Assembly: GCA_039208735.1 (NCBI GenBank)
Contig: JBCCQY010000069.1
Span: 1 to 43,653, forward strand
Direction of reading: 5' to 3'
DNA length: 43,653 nucleotides
Source of the DNA: Myxococcota bacterium
GTDB taxonomy: Bacteria; Myxococcota_A; UBA796; GCA-2862545
The notes beneath the pieces were generated by a model, which did not search any database, was not told where the DNA came from, and worked only from the letters and a program-made list of their open reading frames with translations. Position 1 is the first letter of the stretch, and each line of letters opens with the position of its first letter. Of this stretch, positions 1-7,979 are shown piece by piece. The position numbers were made by a program, and so were the translations under genes.

Positions 1-2320
1 CCGTCCCCATCGGAGTCGGTGGGCGCCTGTCGGTCGTCCTTCGGATCGAGCGGGTCGAGGCCATAGGTCACCTCGTAGCCATCGCCGATTCCGCCGCCGT
101 CCGTGTCGAAGAGGTCGGGGTCGGTACCCCATTCGGCCTCGTCTTCGTCGGAGAGGCCGTCCCCATCGCGGTCGGGCGTCATGAACCCGTCGTCGGAAGG
201 ATCGAGGGGGTTGGTGCCCCGCCACACTTCTTCGCCGTCTGGGACGCCGCCGAAGTCGCTGTCCCAGTTGTAGGGGTCGGTGCCCCAGCCGTAGATCTCC
301 TCTTCGTCTGACAGACCGTCCCCATCGGAGTCGTTCCAGGGGGGCTCTTCCAGATCGTCTTCGGGATTCAGCGGATCGGTGCCCCGGCGCAGCTCCTCGC
401 CGTCCAATACGCCGCCCTGGTCGCTGTCTGGATCGAAGGGGTCGGTGCCCATCTCGGCTTCGTCTTCATCCGACACGAAGTCCCCGTCGGAGTCCGCCGG
501 AGCGTCCCCATCGTCTTCGGGGTCGAGCGGATCGAGGCCGTAGGCCACCTCGTAGCCATCCAGAACGCCGCCAAAGTCGCTGTCCGGGTTGTCGGGGTCG
601 GTGCCGTAGGCTTCTTCGTCTTCATCGAACAGGCCGTCCCCATCGCGATCGCCGAAGGGCTCGGGACGCGGGCGATCGTCGGTCGGATCGAGGGGGTTGG
701 TGCCCATCCAGACTTCTTCGCCGTCGGGAACGCCGCCATCGTCGGTGTCCCAGTCGTACGGATCGGTGCCCCAGCCGTAGATCTCTTCGTCATCCGACAG
801 GCCGTCGCCATCCGAGTCTTCGAAGAATCCGAAGTCGTCATCATCGGGGTTGTTTGGATCGGTGCCTCGCCACACCTCGTCGCTGTCGAGCACCCCGCCG
901 CCGTCGGAATCGGGGTTGTTGGGGTCTGTGCCGAAGATCGCTTCGTCTTCGTCGGACAGGCCGTCGCCATCACTGTCGACGGGGGCATCTGAGTCGTCTT
1001 CGGGATCGAGCGGATCGAGACCGTAGATCAGCTCATAGCCGTCGGGGACGCCGCCAAAGTCCGAGTCGGGGTTGTCGGGGTCGGTGCCGATGATTTGTTC
1101 ATCTTCGTCGGACAAGCCGTCGCCGTCCCGGTCGTTGTAGACGGGCGGGCCGTCGTGGCCGTCATGATCGTCAGAGGGGTTCAGCGGATCGCTGCCCTTC
1201 GCGACTTCCTCGCCATCCCAAATCCCCCCAAAGTCCGTGTCGGGGTTGTAGGGGTCGGTGAAGAACTGGTTGCGTTCCTCTTCGTCGGTGAGCCCGTCGA
1301 AGTCGCTGTCGAGGGGGTTGACCTCGTCATCGGCGGGGTTCTGCGGATCGAGGCCCAGCCAATACTCTTCGCCGTCGAGACGACCGCCCCCGTCCGTGTC
1401 AGGGTTGTTGGGGTCGCTGCCCCAGTTGAGTTCGACCTCGTCGGGCACGAAGTCCCCGTCGGAGTCAAAGGCCAGCTCATCGTCGCTCGGGTCGCGGGGG
1501 TCCGTTCCCGCAATGGCCTCGGCGCCGTCACCCACGCCGCCACCGTCGGTGTCGAAGAGGAAGGGATCCGTGCCCCGGCGGGCTTCCTCATCGTCGGGAG
1601 ATCCATCGCCATCCGAATCGATGATGAACACCGCGTCGTCGTAGGGATCGAACGGGTTGCGTCCGGTGTGGAACTCCTCGCCGTCGCTCGCGCCGCCACC
1701 GTCGGTGTCCCAGTTGTAGGGGTCGGTACCGATGAACCGCTCATCTTGGTCGAACAGGCCGTCACCGTCGCTGTCGTACCAAACGAAGTTGTCATCGAAG
1801 AGGCGCGTGGGATCGGTCCCGAACAGGACTTCTTCGCCGTCCCCCACCCCGCCACCGTCGGTGTCGAAGACGAACGGGTCGGTGCCCCAGCGGCCTTCTT
1901 CCGCGTCCAGCAGGCCGTCGCCGTCGCTGTCCACGAACCAGAACCCGTCATCGAGGGGGTCCAGGGGATCGGCCCCGAAGGCGACCTCGTCACCGTCCCA
2001 CGCGCCGCCGCCATCCGAGTCTGGGGACAGAGGGTTGGTCCCGAAGCCAAACACCTCTTCGCCGTCGGTCAGGCCGTCGTTGTCGGTGTCGGCGGCCAAC
2101 GGATTGGTGCCGTTGCGCTGCTCCGTGTCGTCGTCAATGCCATCGCCATCGGTGTCCACCGCGAGCAGTCGGGCATCGTCGCGCGGCCGCAGTGGATTCG
2201 CCCGCATCGCGTGTTCGATGCCATCGGGGACACCGCCGCCGTCCGTATCTGGGTCATTCGGATCGGTGCCGAGGCGAAGCTCTGTCGCATCCGTCAGCCA
2301 GTCCCGGTCGCTGTCCTCGC
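1..2320 (-). repeat. Coding tandem repeat: ~150-bp units, with a ~480-bp three-unit super-period in the distal part
   Basis: DRDGDG-type units begin near 1133, 650 and 173 (spacing about 483 and 477 bp). Each is followed by a ..RGTDP unit and an IYGWGTDPY.W unit (the last cycle is cut off by the window edge). Confidence 0.85.
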
Positions 2321-2723
2321 TGCGCGCGTGCACGGGAAACCGAATCGGGTCGGAGACGAAGAAGGGCCGTTGCTCCGCTGACGGTGGCACGCCGTCGTGC
2401 ACCACGCTGTCGATGGCGACAACGCGAAGGGCGATCTCGCGTCCATTGAGGGCTCGGGGCAAGCTGTACTCGACAGACGCGGTGCCGTCGGGCCCCAAGA
2501 CCGTGGTGAACAGGACTTCGCTCTTGCCCAGGCCCGTGCAGACACCGCCCAACGGGCTGTTGCACTGTCGATAGCTCTGGCCACCCATCACGACGATGGT
2601 GGCGCCCGGGGGACCGTCCCAGAAGAACGCACGGTTCTTGTTCGAACCGCCGAATCCTTCGGTGAAGCCCACCTCCGGACTCGCGAGTGCACTGGCGAAC
2701 AGCCAGGTCACGAGTGATGTCAT
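1..2723 (-). CDS. Large secreted Asp/Gly-rich repeat protein (DxDxDG / thrombospondin type-3-like Ca-binding repeats); 3' end runs off the window
   Basis: Hand translation of the minus strand; absent from the ORF track because no stop lies in the window. GGAGG RBS precedes ATG at 2723, giving MTSLVTWLFASALASPEVGF (signal-peptide-like), a ~135-aa domain with C..PLGGVC, then at least 14 ~50-aa units such as DRDGDGLSDEDEQIIGTDPDNPDSDFGGVPDGYELIYGLDPLDPEDD. Confidence 0.88.
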   Translation of the reverse strand, partial: MTSLVTWLFASALASPEVGFTEGFGGSNKNRAFFWDGPPGATIVVMGGQSYRQCNSPLGGVCTGLGKSEVLFTTVLGPDGTASVEYSLPRALNGREIALRVVAIDSVVHDGVPPSAEQRPFFVSDPIRFPVHARSEDSDRDWLTDATELRLGTDPNDPDTDGGGVPDGIEHAMRANPLRPRDDARLLAVDTDGDGIDDDTEQRNGTNPLAADTDNDGLTDGEEVFGFGTNPLSPDSDGGGAWDGDEVAFGADPLDPLDDGFWFVDSDGDGLLDAEEGRWGTDPFVFDTDGGGVGDGEEVLFGTDPTRLFDDNFVWYDSDGDGLFDQDERFIGTDPYNWDTDGGGASDGEEFHTGRNPFDPYDDAVFIIDSDGDGSPDDEEARRGTDPFLFDTDGGGVGDGAEAIAGTDPRDPSDDELAFDSDGDFVPDEVELNWGSDPNNPDTDGGGRLDGEEYWLGLDPQNPADDEVNPLDSDFDGLTDEEERNQFFTDPYNPDTDFGGIWDGEEVAKGSDPLNPSDDHDGHDGPPVYNDRDGDGLSDEDEQIIGTDPDNPDSDFGGVPDGYELIYGLDPLDPEDDSDAPVDSDGDGLSDEDEAIFGTDPNNPDSDGGGVLDSDEVWRGTDPNNPDDDDFGFFEDSDGDGLSDDEEIYGWGTDPYDWDTDDGGVPDGEEVWMGTNPLDPTDDRPRPEPFGDRDGDGLFDEDEEAYGTDPDNPDSDFGGVLDGYEVAYGLDPLDPEDDGDAPADSDGDFVSDEDEAEMGTDPFDPDSDQGGVLDGEELRRGTDPLNPEDDLEEPPWNDSDGDGLSDEEEIYGWGTDPYNWDSDFGGVPDGEEVWRGTNPLDPSDDGFMTPDRDGDGLSDEDEAEWGTDPDLFDTDGGGIGDGYEVTYGLDPLDPKDDRQAPTDSDGD

Positions 2724-2778
2724 CGATCGAACCTCCGCGGGGTCCGTCGGATCCAAAAAGTTGTGGAGGTACTCACCT

Positions 2779-4578
2779 TTGAGCCATTTTCCGGTTTTTG
2801 CCGGACAACCACAGCCGAGGGTCCAGGAGGGTCCGCTGAGCGCACCGACCTCGAACGATGGCGATGCTCCTACTCCCGAAGACGAATCTTCTTCGCCCGC
2901 TCGACCCGCGGGATCGGCTGCAGGCTCCGTTGCGGCCGGTATTCTGGCCAGTCGGGTGCTCGGTTTGGTTCGCGAGAAGGCGGTGGCCTACTTCTTTGGC
3001 GTGGGGCCGTTCCTCGACGTGTTCCAGCTCGCCCTGCGGGGGGCCAACCTGCTCAACAACCTGCTTGGGGAGGGCACCCTTTCAGCCTCGTTTATTCCCG
3101 TATACAGCCGGTTGCTCGAGGAGGGTCGGGAGCGTGATGCGGGCCGATTTGCGGGGGCCATTCTTGGCCTGCTGATCGCCGTGGCGGTGGTCATCACGGG
3201 CATCGGCATGGTGTTTGCCGAGCCGTTCGTGCGCTATGTCCTGGCGCCAGGGTTCGCGGGGGATGCGGCGTTGGTGGCCCAGGGGACCGAGACCGTCGAT
3301 CGGTTGCCCCTCGCCGTCCGTGCCCTTCGCTTTGCGCTTCCCATGGCCGCGTGCCTCGCGCTGTCGGCATGGGCCCTTGGCGTGCTCAAATCGCACCGGC
3401 GCTTCTTCTTGCCCTACGTAGCGCCGACCCTGCTCAACATTGCGGTGATCACCGGCCTGGTTGTCGGGTCGATGACCATCTTTGGGGATCCCTTTGGAGG
3501 GCCCGACGGCATCCTCACCGCCGACATCGATAGCCTCGAACGCCTTCTCATGGCCGCGATGGTGGGCGCGTTGGTCGGGGGCGTGCTTCAGTTCACGGTT
3601 CAATTGCCGGCGGTGTTCCGGGTGCTCAAGGGGTTCCGACTGTCGCTGTCCCGGCGGGTGGAAGGGGTCACCGAAGCGCTTCAGGCGTTCGGTCCCGTGC
3701 TTGCTGGTCGAGGGGTGGCACAGGTCTCGAGCTACGTCGACACGGTGCTTGCGGGCTTCGCCGCCCAGGGGACGCTCGGCGCCCTCCGACCCGCGCTGGT
3801 GCTTTACATGCTGCCTATCTCTTTGTTTGGCATGAGTGTCGCAGCCAGCGAGCTTCCCGAGTTGTCGCGACTTGGGGCCGAGGAACGGGCGAAATTCCTC
3901 GATCGGGTCAGCGATTCAACGAAGCAAGTGCTCTACCTCGTGGTGCCTACGGTCGTTGGCTACCTCTTGTTCGGCTGGTTCATCGTTTCGGCCCTGTTCG
4001 GCGGGGGTAGTTTCGACGGTGACGACGTTTGGCTCGTGTTCCTCACCCTTGCCGGCTACACGGTCGGTTTGGGAGCCACGGCGACCAGCCGGTTGCTACA
4101 AAACAGCTTCTACGCCCTTAATGAGGCTTCCGTGCCCGCTCGCATCGCCGTGCTTCGGGTGGTGATCAGTGGGGTCATCGGGGCCGGGCTGATGTTCACG
4201 CTCGATGCGCGCACGGTGGGCGAGTGGGTCGATCTTGAGGTGCCCTCGCGGTTGTCGTTGGCCGCGGTGGGGCTTGCGGCCGGGGCTTCCGTCGGGGCGT
4301 GGGTCGAGCTGACGGCCCTCGTCTGGTCGCTCCGGTCACGCTTGCCCGGATTTGGCCTGCCGATCGGGACGATCGCCCGCATGGTCTTGGTTGCCGTAGG
4401 GTCTGCGGTGCCGGTCGCCGCGCTGTTGGCCTGGGTGCCCTTCTTTGGCACGACCGTGGGTAGCATCGGTGCCATTGGGCTGTATGCGTCGAGCTATCTC
4501 GGCATTGGAATCGCCTTGTCGTTCCCCGAGGGCCGTGTTTGGACGGACCGCTTCGTGCGTCGGATCTGGCGGCGCTGA
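2779..4578 (+). CDS. murJ: Lipid II flippase MurJ (MviN)
   Basis: Family motifs SRVLGLVRE, NLLNNLLGEGTLSASFIPVY and LYMLPISLFG, with many TM helices. The ORF-track start at 2596 overlaps the divergent gene. In-frame TTG 2779 (GGAGG) or CTG 2836 (AGGAGG) are better starts. Confidence 0.92.
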   Translation: MSHFPVFAGQPQPRVQEGPLSAPTSNDGDAPTPEDESSSPARPAGSAAGSVAAGILASRVLGLVREKAVAYFFGVGPFLDVFQLALRGANLLNNLLGEGTLSASFIPVYSRLLEEGRERDAGRFAGAILGLLIAVAVVITGIGMVFAEPFVRYVLAPGFAGDAALVAQGTETVDRLPLAVRALRFALPMAACLALSAWALGVLKSHRRFFLPYVAPTLLNIAVITGLVVGSMTIFGDPFGGPDGILTADIDSLERLLMAAMVGALVGGVLQFTVQLPAVFRVLKGFRLSLSRRVEGVTEALQAFGPVLAGRGVAQVSSYVDTVLAGFAAQGTLGALRPALVLYMLPISLFGMSVAASELPELSRLGAEERAKFLDRVSDSTKQVLYLVVPTVVGYLLFGWFIVSALFGGGSFDGDDVWLVFLTLAGYTVGLGATATSRLLQNSFYALNEASVPARIAVLRVVISGVIGAGLMFTLDARTVGEWVDLEVPSRLSLAAVGLAAGASVGAWVELTALVWSLRSRLPGFGLPIGTIARMVLVAVGSAVPVAALLAWVPFFGTTVGSIGAIGLYASSYLGIGIALSFPEGRVWTDRFVRRIWRR

Positions 4579-4598
4579 ACTTCTTTCCAAAGACGTCA

Positions 4599-4644
4599 AA
4601 CGCCAATACGAGGCGGCTGCGCCCCGCTGGCGTTGTTTTGTTTT
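4599..4644 (+). terminator. Possible intrinsic terminator after murJ
   Basis: AACGCCA...GCGG-ctgcgcc-CCGC-TGGCGTT interrupted stem followed by GTTTTGTTTT. Confidence 0.35.
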
Positions 4645-4665
4645 GAGCGGTGCGCAGGGGGAAGA

Positions 4666-5997
4666 ATGCCGCTCCGCTCTGGTTTTGTTCTCGTATGGGC
4701 TCTTTCGGCAATCCGCTGCGCAGATGCGACGACCCCCTTCGATGATGTGAGGCCACCGGACCCTCTGGAAAGCTCGTCCGAAGACGAACTTGAGGTGGCG
4801 AGACGCTGCAGCACGCCCCCTCCCACCATCGAAGAGATCCAGGCCGACGAGATCCGCATGGCCATCGCGGCGAATACGCCGCCAAACATCGTCCCCGGTA
4901 GTGTGACGATCCCTGTGGCCTTCCATGTCATCACCAACTCGTTTGGTACGGGTAGCCTCTCTCAGGCCGCGATCGATGCGCAGATTGACGTATTGAACGA
5001 GGCCTATTCCGGCACCACCTCGGGCAATTCGGTCGATACCCCGTTCCGCTTTCAGCTCGTTTCGGTCGACACCACAGCCAACAACAGTTGGTTTTCGTTG
5101 AGCATCGACTCGGCGGCGGAGACCGCGATGAAGTCGGCGCTTCGCGTGGGGGGCCCGGAGACGCTGAACGTGTACACGGTGCAGGCGACCGGCGGTTTGC
5201 TTGGGTGGGCCACTTTCCCATCGTGGTACGCCAACAATCCCGTCAACGACGGTGTGGTGCTGCTGTACTCGACCCTCCCTGGGGGCGCGAACGCGCCGTT
5301 CAACCAAGGCGATACGGGCACTCACGAAGTGGGGCATTGGCTCGGCCTTTACCACACGTTTCAGGGGGGGTGTACGGGGGGCGATGAAGTAGGGGACACG
5401 CCCGCCGAGGCGTCGCCGGCCTACGGGTGCCCGGTGGGCCGCGACACCTGCGCTTCCGCGGGCTCGGATCCCATCCGGAATTTCATGGACTACACCGACG
5501 ACAGTTGCATGAACCAGCTGTCGAGCGGTCAGCGCACCCGCATGGCACTGCAGTGGGAGGCCTATCGGGCCTTTGGCCTGCCCGACCCGGGGACGGAGCC
5601 CCCCGCGCCCGACGCGGACTCGTGCTTCGAGAGCGAGGCCTGTGGTGCACAAGCGCCAGGTGGGTGTTGGTGTGACGCCCAGTGCGCCCAGTACGGCGAT
5701 TGCTGCGATGACGTTGGCACCTGCAACAACGAACCGCCGCCCACGGGACCGAACCCCAATTCGTGCGCCGAGACCACCTCGTGCGACGGGCAGGCTCCCG
5801 GCGGCTGTTGGTGCGACGAGGCCTGCGAGGCCGAAGGCGACTGTTGCTTCGATGTGTTCACGTGCGACGCCTCACCCGAGCCTGACCCCAACTCTTGCGT
5901 GGAATCGCAAGCCTGTGGGGGCCAGGCGCCGGGCGGGTGCTACTGCGACAGCCCGTGCGCACTTTATGGCGACTGCTGTAGCGACGGGCCCTGCTGA
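4666..5997 (+). CDS. Secreted M43 (ulilysin/pappalysin-like) zinc metalloprotease with three C-terminal somatomedin-B-like repeats
   Basis: HEVGHWLGLYHTF zinc motif, NFMDYTDDSC Met-turn and LLGWATFP. The C-terminus has three SC..x..CGxQAPGGC(W/Y)CDxxCxxxGDCC repeats. Hydrophobic N-terminus from ATG 4666. Confidence 0.9.
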   Translation: MPLRSGFVLVWALSAIRCADATTPFDDVRPPDPLESSSEDELEVARRCSTPPPTIEEIQADEIRMAIAANTPPNIVPGSVTIPVAFHVITNSFGTGSLSQAAIDAQIDVLNEAYSGTTSGNSVDTPFRFQLVSVDTTANNSWFSLSIDSAAETAMKSALRVGGPETLNVYTVQATGGLLGWATFPSWYANNPVNDGVVLLYSTLPGGANAPFNQGDTGTHEVGHWLGLYHTFQGGCTGGDEVGDTPAEASPAYGCPVGRDTCASAGSDPIRNFMDYTDDSCMNQLSSGQRTRMALQWEAYRAFGLPDPGTEPPAPDADSCFESEACGAQAPGGCWCDAQCAQYGDCCDDVGTCNNEPPPTGPNPNSCAETTSCDGQAPGGCWCDEACEAEGDCCFDVFTCDASPEPDPNSCVESQACGGQAPGGCYCDSPCALYGDCCSDGPC

Positions 5998-6008
5998 AGG
6001 GCCTACCT

Positions 6009-6302
6009 TTACGTTCGGTGCCGTGAAGGGCCTCGGTAGGTCCGGGGACGGTCCGGTCCCGGACCTCGGGAGGGAACTTGGGGGCCTCGAGGACCCCGCC
6101 CGGGAAAGGGTCGAGGTCCATTCGGAGGTCCCCCGGGGTGACGCCGTTCGCGGCGCGGGGGACGAGGGGTCGGCTGAGGCTTCGGAGGTTGGGGAAAAGC
6201 AGTCAAGGATGCACGCTCTGTGGAAAGGAGGAGCGCTCCAGGCAGACGTACGTCTCCATTCAACACAGTAGGTACTGTGTTGGGTTCACTGCGCGCAGCC
6301 AT
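6009..6302 (-). CDS. Putative small Pro/Arg/Gly-rich protein (alternative TTG start near 6206)
   Basis: Largest ORF confined to the gap between convergent flanking genes, downstream of a consensus sigma70 promoter. Low-complexity sequence PQPPKPQPTPRPPRR...GPRPFPGRGPRGP. No strong RBS. Confidence 0.35.
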   Translation of the reverse strand: MAARSEPNTVPTVLNGDVRLPGALLLSTERASLTAFPQPPKPQPTPRPPRRERRHPGGPPNGPRPFPGRGPRGPQVPSRGPGPDRPRTYRGPSRHRT

Positions 6303-6456
6303 ACATCACGGATGTACGGGATTGCAGGAAGAAAACGAGAGGGCCAGCGAAGGCACTACGCCTGGAACGGGAAGGGTTCAGATTTTCCGGTTCTCAAGCG
6401 ACTAGTCCATCGACTGGACCTCCAACGGTGGAGCCCTGGCAGATCACGGCTCCGAT
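6234..6456 (-). ncRNA. Candidate structured ncRNA or 5' leader of unknown family
   Basis: Hairpins GGAGCC/GGCTCC, GTCCA/TGGAC, TACATC/GATGTA (6302-6316) and CAACACAGTA/TACTGTGTTG (6261-6282). An 11-bp closing stem 6359-6369 x 6234-6244 has two G-U pairs that only form on the minus strand. Confidence 0.45.
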
Positions 6457-6462
6457 GGCTTC

Positions 6463-6491
6463 ACCATAGGTGGACCCCAACACGGTGTCAA
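6463..6491 (-). promoter_or_regulatory. Sigma70-type promoter
   Basis: Minus strand TTGACA (6491-6486), exactly 17 nt spacer, TATGGT (6468-6463). It lies just past the stop of the upstream START-domain gene. Confidence 0.75.
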
Positions 6492-6502
6492 CCGAAATTC
6501 CG

Positions 6503-7252
6503 TCAGCCCGGCGGAATCGGAGTTGCGCCAGGTCGAAGCACCGGAACATGGTCTTCGACGTAGTGCTCGCGTACCCACGGCACGCGTTCGGCCACGCGTC
6601 GTAGCATCTTGCCGATGGTGCCAAATGACCAGCGTGTCGCGATTTCGTCAGGGACGATGCCTCCGACCACGGTTCGTGCGTGGTAGCCAACCAGCGTACC
6701 GCCCGCGGCTTTCGCAAAGAACCAGCCCCCGTCGTTGACGTCGAGCCACACGCCTTTCTTCTTTTCGTGGGTGGCACTGCGGGCCGGGTCGAGGTCCCAG
6801 GTGCGTTCCCAGACATGTCCGTTCGTCTTCGTGCGCAGGGCCCCGTTGTTGACGACCCGAATCACCCATTGCCGTGTGGCGAGGGGCCAGGGAAGATCGA
6901 TGCTTTGGTAGACGACCTTGTTCTCGAATGTCGATCCCGGAAGCGTCTCTTCCACAAATCCGTCGACAATCTCGATGTGAGGGTCTTGCACCGCAACCCA
7001 GGCGGTGTCGATGTCGGCGTCGAGCCACACCAATCCAAGCACGCGGTCTGTGCCCTTCAGCTTCTCCCGGCGACGGGCGACCTCGCACTTTGCGACGGTG
7101 GCCCACTCCTTTTCGGTGAATCGGAAAGGATACACCGCCTCGGCGGTCAAGGCGGGTCGGTAGGCCTCCCAGGCAGCTTGCAGGGTGGCTGCATCGGGAC
7201 AGGTCCGAGCTTGGGCCATCGACCAACCGAACAGGAGAGCCAGCATCATCAA
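6503..7252 (-). CDS. Secreted START/SRPBCC-domain lipid-binding protein
   Basis: Signal peptide (AQA); VYQSIDLPWPLATRQWVI and VNDGGW match the START pattern (..LPWP...RD.V). Confidence 0.7.
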   Translation of the reverse strand: MMMLALLFGWSMAQARTCPDAATLQAAWEAYRPALTAEAVYPFRFTEKEWATVAKCEVARRREKLKGTDRVLGLVWLDADIDTAWVAVQDPHIEIVDGFVEETLPGSTFENKVVYQSIDLPWPLATRQWVIRVVNNGALRTKTNGHVWERTWDLDPARSATHEKKKGVWLDVNDGGWFFAKAAGGTLVGYHARTVVGGIVPDEIATRWSFGTIGKMLRRVAERVPWVREHYVEDHVPVLRPGATPIPPG

Positions 7253-7257
7253 GGTCG

Positions 7258-7896
7258 CTAGGAGGCTTCGCGTTTAAGCGTCGCGCCCTGAGCCAACGGA
7301 ATGCGCTTGACCGGCTTGAACACTTTGGGCGCATCCGGCGTGGCTCCGGGGCTTTCCCGCACTACCGAGATGCGCTGCCCGACCTGCAGGATGAACAGCT
7401 CCAGGCTCTTGTCACCGTCTGCGCACCGCACCGTCCACAGCGGTGTCTTCTCTTTGCCCGCGTTGCCCACCGGCCGAATGGGGGCATCGGTGCAGGTGCC
7501 TCGCACCTTGCCTAGCCCCACCGTTTGCGCCTTGTTCTCACCCCACGTGAGCTGCAATTCGGCCTTCGTGCGCGTGATCATGGAGGTGGCGGCAGCCTCT
7601 CCGGCCGTGCCTTCGGGCGTCGGAGTCGGGTTCGCCTTTTTGACGGGCTCTTCGAGCTTCGTGAGTACGAGCTTGCCCATGACGTCGCCCGATGCGCCAA
7701 CCGGGGCCATGCGCGGGCCTTTTTGCTTGCCGCCCTTCCGACGCTTTCCCTTGAAGCGCCCACCGCGGCGCTTGCCGCGCTTGCCAACTTTCGCCTTGCC
7801 ACGCGCCGAAGCGGTGGGGTTGTCGGCCGACGTCGGTTGGGTCGTGGAGGACCCACAACCCACGAGTGCGCCCAGGATTACCATCCAAAGGGTCAT
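7258..7896 (-). CDS. Hypothetical lipoprotein with basic Lys/Arg/Gly linker
   Basis: GGAGG RBS, lipobox LVGC, 5 bp from the next co-directional gene. Confidence 0.75.
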   Translation of the reverse strand: MTLWMVILGALVGCGSSTTQPTSADNPTASARGKAKVGKRGKRRGGRFKGKRRKGGKQKGPRMAPVGASGDVMGKLVLTKLEEPVKKANPTPTPEGTAGEAAATSMITRTKAELQLTWGENKAQTVGLGKVRGTCTDAPIRPVGNAGKEKTPLWTVRCADGDKSLELFILQVGQRISVVRESPGATPDAPKVFKPVKRIPLAQGATLKREAS

Positions 7897-7979
7897 GCCA
7901 CCTCCGTTCGTGGCTTAGATGACAACGGTGCCATTCTCTGCCTTGGCCTAACCAGCTCCACGCGCTTACTCCGCTCGCT

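Noticed and set aside
1..2320. Possible CRISPR array or non-coding tandem repeat
   Set aside because: The repeats vary at synonymous positions and keep one reading frame. There are no identical direct repeats with unique spacers and no cas genes.
368..2574. ORF-track ORFs such as 1095..2381 (+, 428 aa), 1181..2050 (-) and 368..988 (-)
   Set aside because: They are antisense or off-frame shadows of the Asp-rich repeat gene; GAC/GGC codons read as V/A on the other strand.
2596..2778. N-terminal extension of MurJ in the ORF track
   Set aside because: It overlaps the start and RBS of the divergent repeat-protein gene and has no MurJ-like sequence.
6234..6369. Retron msr-msd (inverted repeats enclosing hairpins)
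   Set aside because: There is no reverse transcriptase gene next to it or anywhere in the window. Kept only as an unassigned structured RNA.
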